A stretch of 64,000 nucleotides of DNA from Akkermansiaceae bacterium (GTDB taxonomy: Bacteria > Verrucomicrobiota > Verrucomicrobiia > Verrucomicrobiales > Akkermansiaceae), in contig JBPOGF010000006.1 of the NCBI GenBank assembly GCA_051251915.1, forward strand, positions 64,001 through 128,000. Direction: 5' to 3'. A program made the translations under genes and the position numbers. How positions within the stretch are numbered: position 1 is the stretch's first letter; each line of letters begins with the position of its first letter. Below the pieces are notes generated by a model. It was given only the letters and a program-made list of their open reading frames with translations. It was not told the origin of the DNA and ran no database searches. Below, piece by piece: positions 63,822-64,000 of the stretch.

Positions 63822-64000
63822 GCTTTCCCTCCATTTCTAAATGTCACTATCAATTGTGCAACCAGTGATTGCACTTTCTCTAATGCATTAAATTGTTTCT
63901 ACACTGTAGAGATAATTGATGATCATATTTGAGACTATTGAATGGTGACTTAGTTGGCAAGATTTCGTGGAGTTATTTTGATCCGTAGCTACATAGATCG

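Larger units (their letters stand above)
55960..64000. mobile_element. Horizontally acquired defence-island-like segment; boundaries approximate, likely continues past the window end
   Basis: Loss of + strand G/T skew and higher AT over about 55960-62700; carries STAND NTPase, Xre and YhcG genes; no integrase seen. Confidence 0.55.

Overview
Bacterial chromosome segment, most likely marine Verrucomicrobiota (inferred from two PEP-CTERM genes, a sulfatase, Chlamydia/PVC-type nrdAB and a long-form ispG). The backbone is housekeeping (ligA, comEC, kdsD, metF, tRNA-Gly, mscS, tesA-ybbAP, nrdAB, thiL, ispG) and shows an extreme G/T excess on the + strand regardless of gene direction. Inserted into it are AT-rich, skew-poor accessory pieces: two PIN-type TA modules, a solo OLD-family nuclease, and a right-end defence island (Avs-like STAND NTPase, Xre regulator, YhcG/DUF1016). 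The most interesting unexplained signals are at the DNA level: (1) a dispersed 10-12 bp motif AAAACTTACC(YC) in both orientations and several reading frames, a candidate uptake or protein-binding signal; (2) four covarying 27-29 bp palindromes inside and upstream of yhcG; (3) composite CACG-type direct repeats bracketing a GH26 cassette; and (4) heptamer arrays at gene ends. The RNR beta subunit has class Ic (Mn/Fe) signatures. All calls are by eye from the sequence and ORF track; no searches were run.
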